64,000 nucleotides of DNA, taken from NCBI GenBank assembly GCA_038248345.1, contig JBBRXO010000005.1, forward strand, positions 94 to 64,093, given 5' to 3'. Of the stretch, positions 1-8,916 are shown one piece after another. This DNA is from Armatimonadota bacterium. GTDB lineage: Bacteria; Armatimonadota; Hebobacteria; CAIYQO01. Position 1 is the first letter of the stretch. Each line of letters starts with the position of its first letter. The position numbers and the translations under genes were made by a program. The notes under the pieces are model-generated. The model had not been told where the DNA came from and did no database searches. It worked only from the letters and a program-made list of their open reading frames with translations.

Positions 1-372
1 GAAGTCCTGTGGCCGGAAGGTCATCCACCGCACCAGTAAGTATCTGAACAACCGCATCGAGCAAGACCACCGCGGCATCAAGCGACGGTATGGTCCTACA
101 CTCGGGTTCAAGTCCTTCGACGGTGCGGCCGTCTGGTGCGCCGCCGTCGATGAAGTCCGTCAATTGTTCCGCACCCGCACTGTCATGAAGGAGACCATTT
201 CCCTGGCCCAAGGCCGCGCGCATTTTCAACAATCCGTCACCGACTTCCAGCAGCTCTTCCTGAGTTGTCCGGTTGCCGACGCCAGGAGGAAACCGCGCGT
301 CGCCGCCTAATTGGTAGTGAACGATGCGATGACGCGCCTGGCCGGCAGGTGACGAGCGAGAGCTGACAGAAC
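1..372 (+). mobile_element. Partial IS6-family insertion sequence (3' end, truncated by the window edge) with a terminal inverted-repeat-like end ...ACAGAACC at 366-372
   Basis: Frame 2 (2-309) translates to ...NNRIEQDHRGIKRRYGPTLGFKSFDGAAVW..., matching the C-terminal region of IS26/IS257-type (IS6 family) transposases (IS26: NNVIECDHGKLKRIIGATLGFKS). 'gctgacagaacc' at 361-372 resembles the IS257/IS431 terminal sequence (TTGCAACAGAACC). Confidence 0.7.
2..309 (+). CDS. IS6-family transposase, C-terminal fragment (no start in window)
   Basis: Open frame from the window edge to TAA at 307-309. Shares the DHRGIKRR...TLGFKS motif block with IS26 Tnp26. Confidence 0.7.
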
Positions 373-424
373 CTTTTTTTTTGTGTCCGGCTATGGTGCC
401 ACATTGAAAAGTTCCGAGGGAAAG

Positions 425-452
425 TTGCAGAAAACTGGAAGTGTGGTATAAT
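425..452 (+). promoter_or_regulatory. Sigma70-like promoter: TTGCAG, 16-nt spacer, TATAAT
   Basis: -35 at 425-430 and -10 at 447-452, about 75 nt upstream of the CDS starting at 529. Confidence 0.5.
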
Positions 453-528
453 TCACAACTGTTAGCCGCATATTGCGGCGAAGAGCTTCTCTGCTTCCTG
501 ATGTTTATCAGGAAGGTGAGGTTTATCG

Positions 529-1641
529 ATGATATGTCGAAAGATTATTCTGGCGGTTGCCATTGCCAGTTTGCTGGTGACAGTTAATATTAATGCACAG
601 ACACCAGCTGCTACCGAAAGTGCAATGACGATGGCAAGCGCTAATGTGGTGTATATCGACCCCAATACAGGTGAGTTGATTAATGAAGCTGAGACCGCTA
701 TTGTTCCGCCGTTACTGGCAAATTTTACTAAAACACCTCCGGTCACCATCAAAAACATCAGCGATATGAAGTTCGCGGTAATGCAGGGTGCGCTGGTGAA
801 ATTACCCGAGACACTTAAAGCTGTCCAGATCAACGGTAACGATGTGCAAGCGAAAGTGACCTGGGAACCCAATACTGTCGATACCAGAACAGGTGGAAGA
901 CTGCTTTTCTCGGGAAGCGTGGAAGGTTACCCTGAAAAAGTTAGCTTGATGATTGCCGTGGTAGCACCGTTGCAGAATGTAGTCCCCGAAGCGCTGCACC
1001 CGGTTCAACTCGACAAAGGTATGCTGAAGGGAATCGCATTACTTACTGATGTTTCACCCATTAAGAATATTGTTGAGATACCCAGCAAGCCGATACCAGT
1101 ATCCATCGGCTCTGCAAGTTATGAAGATGGCATATTAGGCAGGCAAGTCGCCACTGCCGAGCAGATGGCCCGTTTCCTGCTGCGTCACAACCCGAAGCCA
1201 TCGATTAACTGTACGGCATTGGAGTTAGCAACCTATTACCTGGAAGAGGGAGCGCGTGAAGGTATCCGTGGTGATATCGCATTCTGCCAGAGTATTCACG
1301 AGACCGGCTGGTTCCGTTATGGGAATCAGGTTCAAATGGAACAGAATAATTACTGTGGCCTGGGCGCGGTGAACCCAACAGATGGGCAACCAGTTCCCAA
1401 GGGAGCATATTTCGCCACCCCCCGTGAAGGTGTTCGTGCGCAGATTCAACACTTGTTGGCATACTCCAGCGAAAATCGTCCCCAAACAGAGCTGATTGAC
1501 CCGCGTTATCAGGCAGTGGGGAAAGCCCATGGTTTTGGGTGCGCATATAGCTGGACTGATCTGAATGGACGCTGGGCGGTCCCGGGTAATGGCTATGGAG
1601 AGAAAATCATTGATGTTTTTAATAAGATGATGGCGCAGTAA
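529..1641 (+). CDS. Secreted peptidoglycan hydrolase with glucosaminidase (mannosyl-glycoprotein endo-beta-N-acetylglucosaminidase-like) domain
   Basis: N-terminal signal peptide (MICRKIILAVAIASLLVTVNINAQ). The C-terminal half, ...CQSIHETGWFRYGNQVQMEQNNYCGLGAVNP...AYFATPREGVRAQIQHLLAYSS, resembles the FlgJ/Glucosaminidase family. Confidence 0.6.
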   Translation: MICRKIILAVAIASLLVTVNINAQTPAATESAMTMASANVVYIDPNTGELINEAETAIVPPLLANFTKTPPVTIKNISDMKFAVMQGALVKLPETLKAVQINGNDVQAKVTWEPNTVDTRTGGRLLFSGSVEGYPEKVSLMIAVVAPLQNVVPEALHPVQLDKGMLKGIALLTDVSPIKNIVEIPSKPIPVSIGSASYEDGILGRQVATAEQMARFLLRHNPKPSINCTALELATYYLEEGAREGIRGDIAFCQSIHETGWFRYGNQVQMEQNNYCGLGAVNPTDGQPVPKGAYFATPREGVRAQIQHLLAYSSENRPQTELIDPRYQAVGKAHGFGCAYSWTDLNGRWAVPGNGYGEKIIDVFNKMMAQ

Positions 1642-1666
1642 AGAAGTGAAGAAAAAATTGGGTAAT

Positions 1667-1716
1667 CGCCGTGCTAATTGTGATATAAATCACGAATAGC
1701 ACGGCGTTTATTTTTG
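1667..1716 (+). terminator. Rho-independent terminator
   Basis: About 18-bp inverted repeat CGCCGTGCTAATTGTGAT/ATCACGAATAGCACGGCG followed by TTTATTTTT, just after the stop at 1641. Confidence 0.7.
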
Positions 1717-1834
1717 ATGGAAATACGCAAGGCTGTGCTTGTACTCACAATAACTAATGGGGGTAATCATGCTCAAATACGCTGATTGTCAAAAATATTT
1801 TGAGAGTAAAGTGGAAGTAATCGGTAGATAATCG

Positions 1835-1886
1835 TTTACATGCGGTAAAGTTTGTGGTATATTTCACTAGTGAGAGAGTTCACGAA
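1835..1886 (+). promoter_or_regulatory. hyd operon promoter (TTTACA, 17 nt, TATATT) with two overlapping Rex-like operators
   Basis: -35 at 1835-1840 and -10 at 1858-1863. 1852-1869 TTGTGGTATATTTCACTA matches the Rex consensus TTGTGAAWWWWTTCACAA at 15/18. A second, weaker site AGTGAGAGAGTTCACGAA lies at 1869-1886. The RBS GGAG precedes the ATG at 1901. Confidence 0.5.
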
Positions 1887-1900
1887 TACAGGAGCAGAAC

Positions 1901-2380
1901 ATGAGTACGACAAGCTGTAATTGTGCAGATGACAAAATCCAGGAGATTATGGCAGAATATACTGCCGGGCGTCGTGAGACGTTAATTCCGATTCTGCAGG
2001 ACGTGCAAGCGCTCTTTGGCTATTTGCCCGAAGAATCGTTGGCGATCATTGCAAAATACATCGGCGTTTCCACCTCCAAAGTCTTTGGCGTCGCCACCTT
2101 CTACAATCAATTCCGGCTGCGTCCGGTGGGTAAACACACAGTGCGCGTATGCCGCGGCACTGCCTGTCATGTGCGTGGTTCCAAACTATTGCTTGATGCC
2201 TTCGCCGGTGAGTTGAATGTTCAACCAGGTGAGACCACTCCCGATGGCCAGTTCACCCTCGAGACGGTTGCCTGTATTGGCGCGTGTTCCATCGCCCCGG
2301 TGGTGATGATAGACGAGAGTTTCCATGGCAGTGTGCAGTCACGCAATGTAAAAACTATTTTGAAAGAATACAAAGACTAG
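1901..2380 (+). CDS. NuoE-like [2Fe-2S] thioredoxin-fold subunit of a trimeric [FeFe] hydrogenase (HydC/HndA type)
   Basis: CRGTACHVRGS...ACIGACSIAPVVMID matches the 24-kDa NuoE family cysteine pattern. First gene of hydC-hydB-hydA. Confidence 0.85.
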   Translation: MSTTSCNCADDKIQEIMAEYTAGRRETLIPILQDVQALFGYLPEESLAIIAKYIGVSTSKVFGVATFYNQFRLRPVGKHTVRVCRGTACHVRGSKLLLDAFAGELNVQPGETTPDGQFTLETVACIGACSIAPVVMIDESFHGSVQSRNVKTILKEYKD

Positions 2381-2398
2381 TAGAGGGGCGATACCGAG

Positions 2399-4420
2399 AT
2401 GAGCCAGACTACCCAAAATAACTTAATGGACGCGTGTTGTGCTCAGTGTACCCACTGTGTAGCAACCCCATGTGCGCGCTATATTGAATGCCGTAGTAAC
2501 GGTCCATTGTGTCACACAGACGCGGCCTGTACGGCACGCCTGGAGGCTGCCCGGCGCGTTGCTCTACACGAGCAAGCGCAGCCCATCGTCTTCTTTGGCG
2601 CGGGCACCTGCGGACTGGCCGGTGGTATGAGTGAAATCATCCCCGCCCTGCATGAGCAATTGGCGGAAAAAGGCATTGAGATTACGCTGAAGGAAGTCGG
2701 TTGTTTCGGTCTTTGTCATCGCGAACCGATGATGGACGTGAAGCTCCCCGGTCGCCCGCGTGTTTGCTTCGATGCGGTGGACGTAAAGAAGGCCAAAGAG
2801 ATAATAGAGCGCTATATCATCAATGATGACCTGCCTGCTGATTACTCCATGGGCTACATTAATTCCGCCGATGCAAAAACGGACAGCCCGGAATTCAAGG
2901 CGCTGACAAATCTCTATGATATGCCGCTCCTCGCTAAACAACCACGTAACGTGTTGCAGAACTGCGGTATCATTGATCCTAACTCGCTGCCAGAGTATGT
3001 GGCGCGCGGTGGTTACATCGCCCTCACCAAGGCATTGAATGCTGGTGACAATGGCAAGCTAGTCATCAACGAAGTAGATGCATCCGGGCTACGAGGCCGT
3101 GGCGGCGGCGGTTTCCCCACTGCCCGCAAGTGGAGTATGGCGCGCGCGCAAGAGCGCAAACCGAAGTATCTGGTATGTAATGCTGATGAAGGTGACCCCG
3201 GCGCGTTCATGGATCGTTCGGTGCTGGAAGGCGATCCGCATCGCGTCATTGAGGGCATGATGCTGGCGGCGTTGGCAATCGGCGCCGACCATGGCTACAT
3301 TTACTGCCGCGCCGAATATCCGTTAGCTATCAAGCGGTTGGAGCATTCAATCGCTGTGTTGGAGTCCATCGGCCTGCTGGGTGATAACATTCTTGGCTCT
3401 GGTTTCTCTTTTCATATGAAGTTGAAGAAAGGCGCGGGCGCCTTCGTCTGCGGTGAAGAGACTGCACTACTTGCTTCTATTGAAGGCAAGCGCGGTATGC
3501 CTAAAGTACGCCCTCCGTATCCAGTACAGAGCGGTCTCTGGGGTCAGCCGACATGTATCAATAATGTTGAGACCTTCGCCAACGTTCCATCTATCGTGGC
3601 TAATGGTGGCGCCTGGTTCGCCAGTGTCGGCACAGCCAAGTCGAAAGGAACGAAGGTATTTGCACTCACCGGGAAGATCGCTAAAGGTGGTCTCGTAGAA
3701 GTCCCGATGGGCATGACGCTTCGCGAAGTAATCTTTGAAGTAGGTGGCGGTATCCTTGATGCCCGGCCTTTCAAAGCGGTGCAGATTGGCGGGCCTTCCG
3801 GTGGCTGTATCCCGGAGCACCTGCTGGATACCCCTGTTGATTATGATAACCTCATCCAGGTGGGGGCCATGATGGGCTCTGGCGGCATGGTGGTGATGGA
3901 TGACCAGACCTGTATGGTAGACTTGGCGCGTTTCTTTATGGAATTCATCCGCAACGAGAGTTGCGGCAAGTGCATTCCCTGCCGTGAAGGCACGACGCGA
4001 ATGCTGGAGATCCTAGAGCGTATAGTTCGCCCATACTCCGATGAAGATCCGACGGCGACTATTCAGCGTTTTAAGTCAATTACCGCGTTAGAGCAACTAG
4101 CGCCGGTAATTAAAGATACGGCATTATGTGGATTAGGGATGACCGCGCCGAATCCTGTGCTAGCTACGCTACGTTATTTCCGCGATGAATATGAAGCGCA
4201 TGTATACGAACGCAAATGTCCGGCGGGAGCGTGTCGCTCGCTGTTGACCTTCACTATCGATGCCGAGAAATGTGTCGGCTGTACCATGTGTGCGAAAAAC
4301 TGTCCGGCCAATTGTATCTCCGGCACAGTGAAAAAACCGCATGTCATCAATAATGACGCCTGCCTGCATTGCGGTGTGTGTCTGGATACCTGCCGCTTCG
4401 GCGCAGTGGTTGCTGAGTAA
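2399..4420 (+). CDS. NuoF-like NAD(P)H-binding flavoprotein subunit of [FeFe] hydrogenase (HydB/HndC type) with C-terminal 2x[4Fe-4S] ferredoxin domain
   Basis: GRGGGGFPTARKW NuoF FMN/NADH motif, an internal NuoE-like [2Fe-2S] domain (GTCGLAGG...GCFGLCHREP) and two C-terminal CxxCxxCxxxCP motifs. The N-terminus has an extra Cys-rich stretch (8 Cys in residues 13-44). Confidence 0.85.
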   Translation: MSQTTQNNLMDACCAQCTHCVATPCARYIECRSNGPLCHTDAACTARLEAARRVALHEQAQPIVFFGAGTCGLAGGMSEIIPALHEQLAEKGIEITLKEVGCFGLCHREPMMDVKLPGRPRVCFDAVDVKKAKEIIERYIINDDLPADYSMGYINSADAKTDSPEFKALTNLYDMPLLAKQPRNVLQNCGIIDPNSLPEYVARGGYIALTKALNAGDNGKLVINEVDASGLRGRGGGGFPTARKWSMARAQERKPKYLVCNADEGDPGAFMDRSVLEGDPHRVIEGMMLAALAIGADHGYIYCRAEYPLAIKRLEHSIAVLESIGLLGDNILGSGFSFHMKLKKGAGAFVCGEETALLASIEGKRGMPKVRPPYPVQSGLWGQPTCINNVETFANVPSIVANGGAWFASVGTAKSKGTKVFALTGKIAKGGLVEVPMGMTLREVIFEVGGGILDARPFKAVQIGGPSGGCIPEHLLDTPVDYDNLIQVGAMMGSGGMVVMDDQTCMVDLARFFMEFIRNESCGKCIPCREGTTRMLEILERIVRPYSDEDPTATIQRFKSITALEQLAPVIKDTALCGLGMTAPNPVLATLRYFRDEYEAHVYERKCPAGACRSLLTFTIDAEKCVGCTMCAKNCPANCISGTVKKPHVINNDACLHCGVCLDTCRFGAVVAE

Positions 4421-4447
4421 GCGCCGAACAATAACGGGAGTACAGAA

Positions 4448-6208
4448 ATGCCTGATACTATTAACCTGACGATAAATGATAAGAAAGTAACGGCCAAAGC
4501 GGGACAAACGCTGTTGCAGGTATGCCGAGAGCAGGGGCTGGATATCCCGACTCTGTGTTACCTGGAAGACCTGTTCCCCTCTGGTGCCTGCCGTATGTGC
4601 GTAGTTGAAGTAGAAGGAGCGCGCGGTCTGGTACCCAGTTGCGCATTCCCCGCTTCTGAAGGGCAGGTAGTTCATACCCATAGCCCACGCGCTCGCCGAG
4701 CACGTAAGACTATTGTGGAACTATTGCTGGCAAATCATCCACAGGAATGCCTGACCTGTGTGCGCAGTGAGAACTGTGGCTTGCAGAGTTTGGCGCATGA
4801 CCTGGGTGTGCGTGAGATCCCTTACGAAGGCGCTCGACGCGAACATCCTATTGACGCATCATCGGTGGCACTGGTACGTGATCCAGAGAAATGTATTCTC
4901 TGTGGCCGCTGTGTACGCGTTTGTGAGGAAATCCAAGGTGTATCTGCCATTGACTTCACGCGCCGCGGGTTTCAGACAGTCATCGAACCTGCTTTCGGCA
5001 CTAGTCTCACCGACACCGCTTGCGTCAACTGCGGACAATGTATCCTTGTTTGTCCGACGGGTGCTCTACGCGAACAGAGCGAACTGAAAGAAGTCTGGGA
5101 CGCTATCAATGACCCGGACAAGATAGTGCTGGTGCAGGTCGCCCCGGCAATCCGCGCCACCATTGGAGAAGAGTTCGGGATGCAACCCGGCACACTCGTC
5201 ACCGGCAAGTTAGCTGCGGCGCTGCGCCGCATAGGCTTCGATAAGATATTCGACACAGACGTCGCTGCCGACCTCACCATCATGGAAGAGGGGAGCGAGT
5301 TAGTACAGCGCCTGACCACCGGGAATATGCCATTACCGATGATCACCTCCTGTTCGCCAGGCTGGGTGAAGTACATGGAGCACTTCTATCCGGAGTTGAT
5401 CGATCATCTTTCCACTGCGAAATCGCCGCACATGATGCTCGGTACACTGCTGAAGACCTATTATGCTGAGAAGAACAATATTAATCCCGAGAAGATCGTC
5501 GTCGTATCTATCATGCCCTGTACCGCGAAGAAATACGAAGTACAACGCCCGGAGATGAATGATAGTGGTTTCCAGGATGTTGATTTCGTGCTCACCACTC
5601 GTGAGACCGCGCGTTTGATTAAACTGGCGGGGATCAAGTTTGAGAACCTGCCGGATGAGAAATTCGACGAAGCCTTCGGCACTGCTTCAGGTGCAGCAGT
5701 CATCTTTGGCGCTACTGGCGGTGTAATGGAAGCGGCACTCCGCACAGCACAGTTTATGCTAACACAGCCGGATGGTGTTGCTACGGAACAGGTAACGGGC
5801 GAGATGCTGAGTAAGGTAAACTTCAGTGCCGTACGCGGCCTGGTCGGAGTGAAGGAAGCGGAAGTAGACCTGAATGGCATTAAACTGAAAGTTGCCGTGG
5901 CGAATGGTTTGACTAATGCTCGCACACTGGTAGAACAGATCGTTGCCGGCACCAGCCCTTATCAGTTCATCGAAATCATGGGCTGCCCGGGCGGATGTAT
6001 CGGCGGGGGTGGGGGGCCAATCCCCACAACGACCGAAATTCGCAAAAAGCGCATAGCGGCGATCTATACCGAAGACGAAAACCTGCCATTGCGCGCATCG
6101 CATGACAATCCGATTATCAAGGAACTATACGCGACCTACCTCGGCAAGCCGCTGGGTGAGAAGTCGCATCATTTGCTGCACACCAGCTATACCAAGCGCG
6201 GGCTTTAA
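4448..6208 (+). CDS. hydA: [FeFe] hydrogenase catalytic subunit (HydA, M3-type: N-terminal 2Fe-2S, His-ligated 4Fe-4S, two 4Fe-4S, H-domain)
   Basis: H-cluster motifs are present. L2 is MPCTAKKYE, L3 is EIMGCPGGCIGGGGGP, and L1 reads TSCSPGW rather than the canonical TSCCPxW. The N-terminus carries ferredoxin-like Cys motifs. Confidence 0.85.
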   Translation: MPDTINLTINDKKVTAKAGQTLLQVCREQGLDIPTLCYLEDLFPSGACRMCVVEVEGARGLVPSCAFPASEGQVVHTHSPRARRARKTIVELLLANHPQECLTCVRSENCGLQSLAHDLGVREIPYEGARREHPIDASSVALVRDPEKCILCGRCVRVCEEIQGVSAIDFTRRGFQTVIEPAFGTSLTDTACVNCGQCILVCPTGALREQSELKEVWDAINDPDKIVLVQVAPAIRATIGEEFGMQPGTLVTGKLAAALRRIGFDKIFDTDVAADLTIMEEGSELVQRLTTGNMPLPMITSCSPGWVKYMEHFYPELIDHLSTAKSPHMMLGTLLKTYYAEKNNINPEKIVVVSIMPCTAKKYEVQRPEMNDSGFQDVDFVLTTRETARLIKLAGIKFENLPDEKFDEAFGTASGAAVIFGATGGVMEAALRTAQFMLTQPDGVATEQVTGEMLSKVNFSAVRGLVGVKEAEVDLNGIKLKVAVANGLTNARTLVEQIVAGTSPYQFIEIMGCPGGCIGGGGGPIPTTTEIRKKRIAAIYTEDENLPLRASHDNPIIKELYATYLGKPLGEKSHHLLHTSYTKRGL

Positions 6209-6229
6209 CGCGCGCGAGGGAGGAATTAT

Positions 6230-6667
6230 ATGCATACACCTGAACAAATATCTGGAACGCTCCTCCTGATCGATCGCGCCGAGCGCATCGCGCAGGAGAC
6301 TAAAGCGCTAGAGGATGCTGGCTATATAGTCATCTCCGCCACTTCAATTGCCGAGGGTATAGAGATGGCACTAGCGCAGATGCCGAGTATGATCGTCTCG
6401 GAAGTCATGCTAGATAAGCCGGATGATGGTTTTGTCTTCGCTTATCGATTAAAAAAGAATGAAGCGACAGCGAATATCCCGTTGCTGCTGTTGAGTAGCG
6501 TCTTCCAGAAGACCGGTAAAGTATTTGATCTGAACAGTGCCGAATCACGCCAATGGATCAAAGCTGAAGCCTACCTGGATCGCCCGGTAACAATCGAGCG
6601 ACTGGTGATGCGGCTGCAGGAGATGATGAGCCACCAGCATGATCATAAACCAGTGGTAGTTCGCTAA
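6230..6667 (+). CDS. Atypical stand-alone receiver-domain protein (pseudo-receiver)
   Basis: CheY-fold pattern with deviations at key positions: acidic pair DR instead of DD, phospho-acceptor position Glu (MIVSEVMLD), conserved Lys as Arg (YLDRP). RBS GGAGG. Starts 22 nt after the hydA stop, in the same operon. Confidence 0.6.
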   Translation: MHTPEQISGTLLLIDRAERIAQETKALEDAGYIVISATSIAEGIEMALAQMPSMIVSEVMLDKPDDGFVFAYRLKKNEATANIPLLLLSSVFQKTGKVFDLNSAESRQWIKAEAYLDRPVTIERLVMRLQEMMSHQHDHKPVVVR

Positions 6668-6696
6668 TAGCTTCTGCGAATATGAAAGTAAGAATG

Positions 6697-6728
6697 AGAC
6701 GACACTTCTTTAGTGTCGTCTTTTTTTG
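6697..6728 (+). terminator. Rho-independent terminator ending the hyd operon
   Basis: AGACGACAC-ttcttta-GTGTCGTC hairpin followed by TTTTTTT. Confidence 0.8.
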
Positions 6729-6856
6729 TCATGATAATATCCCTACAATTGATTAAAAATAGCGCTATACTCATAGGAAATGATTACGTAAATCCTTGGA
6801 GCAATTCTCATGATTCTCAACATTTTTGATTGTACTATAAATTCTACAATAGGACA

Positions 6857-6886
6857 CTTGACAAGTACTGACTCAAGTACTATTCT
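6857..6886 (+). promoter_or_regulatory. dnaK promoter (TTGACA, 17 nt, TATTCT) overlapping a HAIR-like HspR operator CTTGACA-N7-ACTCAAG
   Basis: 6857-6877 CTTGACAAGTACTGACTCAAG against the HAIR consensus CTTGAGT-N7-ACTCAAG: right half perfect, left half 5/7. The -35 lies inside the operator. hspR is encoded in the same operon. Confidence 0.6.
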
Positions 6887-6948
6887 ATGAATAGAAATTC
6901 GGCGTGCAGCAAAAATATATGCTGTACGAAGTACGGGAGGATAGAGAA

Positions 6949-8847
6949 ATGGGTAAAGTAATTGGCATCGACTTGGGTACAACTAATTCAGTCGTTGCAG
7001 TGATGGAAGGTGGCGAGCCCACAGTTATCACCAATACTGAGGGGAGTAGGCTGACGCCATCTGTGGTAGCCTTCACCAAGAATGGCGAGCGCCTAGTGGG
7101 GCAGCCGGCGAAACGCCAGGCTACCATCAACTCGGAGAACACGGTATTCTCCATCAAACGTTTCGTCGGGCGTCATTACGACGAAGTAACCACTGAGCGT
7201 GGGATGGTACCTTATAAGGTTATGTCAGGGGTTGGTGGGATAGCTTCGGTTGAAGTAATGGGTAAGAACTATACACCAGAAGAGATTTCCGCCATGATAC
7301 TACAGAAGCTGAAAGCCGACGCCGAGACTTATTTGGGCGAGAAAGTTGACTCCGCAGTTATCACGGTGCCGGCATATTTCAATGACGCCCAACGCCATGC
7401 CACCAAGACCGCGGGCGAAATCGCCGGGTTGAACGTCCTGCGTATCATCAACGAGCCGACCGCTGCTTCACTGGCCTATGGGCTGGATAAGAAAGCCGAT
7501 GAGAAGATCCTCATCTGGGACCTGGGCGGCGGTACCTTCGACGTCTCGGTGCTGGAAGTTGGCGATGGCGTATTTGAAGTGCGTTCAACCAATGGCGACA
7601 CCCACCTGGGTGGCGATGACTGGGACGAGCGTATCGTGAACTGGCTGGCCGACGAATTCAAGAAGACGCAGGGGATTGACCTGCGCCAGGATCGCCAGGC
7701 ATTGCAGCGCCTGCGCGAAGCATCGGAGAAGGCCAAGGTAGAGCTGTCCAGTATGGTGCAGACCACCATCAATCTGCCGTTCGTATCGGCAGACGCGAAT
7801 GGGCCCAAGCATCTGGATATGGCGCTCACCCGTGCCAAATTCGAGGATCTCACCCGTGACCTGGTGGCACGCATGGAAGGGCCGTTCCATAAAGCCTTGA
7901 AGGATGCTGGTTTAACGGTAAATGATCTGGATGAGGTTATCATGGTTGGTGGCTCCACCCGTATGCCGATGACGGTAGAGTTAGCGCGTAAACTGGCGGG
8001 CAAAGAGCCACACCGTGGCGTGAATCCGGACGAAGTGGTGGCGGTGGGCGCGGCCATTCAGGGTTCCGTGCTGGCGGGCGAAACCACGGGCATTGTACTG
8101 CTCGATGTGACTCCGCTGACATTGGGCATCGAGACGGCAGGTGGCATCTTCACGCGGATGATTGATCGCAATACCACTATCCCGACGCGCAAATCCGAGA
8201 CCTTCACCACCTATGCTGATTATCAGCCGGCGGTGACGATTAAGGTATTCCAAGGTGAGCGCGAGATGGCGAGCGAGAATAAGCAACTGGGTACCTTCGA
8301 TCTGACGGGCATCCCGACGGCCCCACGCGGCGTGCCTAAAATCGAGGTAACCTTCGACATCGACGCCAACGGTATCGTCAACGTGAGCGCCAAAGACCAG
8401 GCGACGGGACGCCAGCAAAATATCACCATTACTGGCTCCAGCACGCTGGATAAAACAGAGGTTGACCGCATGGTGAGTGATGCTCAAGCGCACGCCGAAG
8501 AAGACAAGCGCATGAAGGAAGTGATTGAGACGCGAAACCATGCAGATTCGTTGGCGTATCAGGTAGAAAAACAGATAACTGACCTGGGCGATAAGATCAC
8601 TGCTGAAGACAAAGCTACGTTGGAGCTGGGGGTGAAGGAATTGCGCGAAGCGTCAGCTGGAGAAGATATGGAGATAATCCGAGCCAGTATGGATAGCCTG
8701 CAGAAGAAAATGGGCGAAGTATCGCAGCGTGTCTACGAGGCTACTGGTGCACAACCAGGAGCTGAAGGTGAACAGCCAGGCGCCGAAACACCACCGCCGC
8801 CGGGTGGCGACGATGTGATCGACGCGGACTTCAAAGAGACGAAATAA
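6949..8847 (+). CDS. dnaK: Chaperone DnaK (Hsp70)
   Basis: [18 protein letters not shown]..., DLGGGTFD and a C-terminal GAQPGAEG-rich tail. Start chosen at the ATG with RBS GGGAGGA, downstream of the longer ORF start at 6904. Confidence 0.95.
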   Translation: MGKVIGIDLGTTNSVVAVMEGGEPTVITNTEGSRLTPSVVAFTKNGERLVGQPAKRQATINSENTVFSIKRFVGRHYDEVTTERGMVPYKVMSGVGGIASVEVMGKNYTPEEISAMILQKLKADAETYLGEKVDSAVITVPAYFNDAQRHATKTAGEIAGLNVLRIINEPTAASLAYGLDKKADEKILIWDLGGGTFDVSVLEVGDGVFEVRSTNGDTHLGGDDWDERIVNWLADEFKKTQGIDLRQDRQALQRLREASEKAKVELSSMVQTTINLPFVSADANGPKHLDMALTRAKFEDLTRDLVARMEGPFHKALKDAGLTVNDLDEVIMVGGSTRMPMTVELARKLAGKEPHRGVNPDEVVAVGAAIQGSVLAGETTGIVLLDVTPLTLGIETAGGIFTRMIDRNTTIPTRKSETFTTYADYQPAVTIKVFQGEREMASENKQLGTFDLTGIPTAPRGVPKIEVTFDIDANGIVNVSAKDQATGRQQNITITGSSTLDKTEVDRMVSDAQAHAEEDKRMKEVIETRNHADSLAYQVEKQITDLGDKITAEDKATLELGVKELREASAGEDMEIIRASMDSLQKKMGEVSQRVYEATGAQPGAEGEQPGAETPPPPGGDDVIDADFKETK

Positions 8848-8916
8848 CAGGATAGAAGATGAGCGGCTCGCAAGAGCCGCTCATACTTCTCAAAAAAAAA
8901 CCGATAGGTGAGTGAA

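Noticed and set aside
462-872. 136-aa minus-strand ORF
   Set aside because: Overlaps the start region of the signal-peptide-bearing + strand gene, has no RBS and is hydrophobic low-complexity.
7476-8541. Two long minus-strand ORFs (193 and 186 aa) inside dnaK
   Set aside because: They overlap the unambiguous dnaK frame and have no motifs; they are shadow ORFs.
8862-8885. Hairpin GAGCGGCTC-gcaa-GAGCCGCTC between dnaK and dnaJ as a terminator
   Set aside because: It is followed by an A-run rather than a T-run on the coding strand. More likely an mRNA-stabilising or attenuating stem-loop within the operon than a full terminator.
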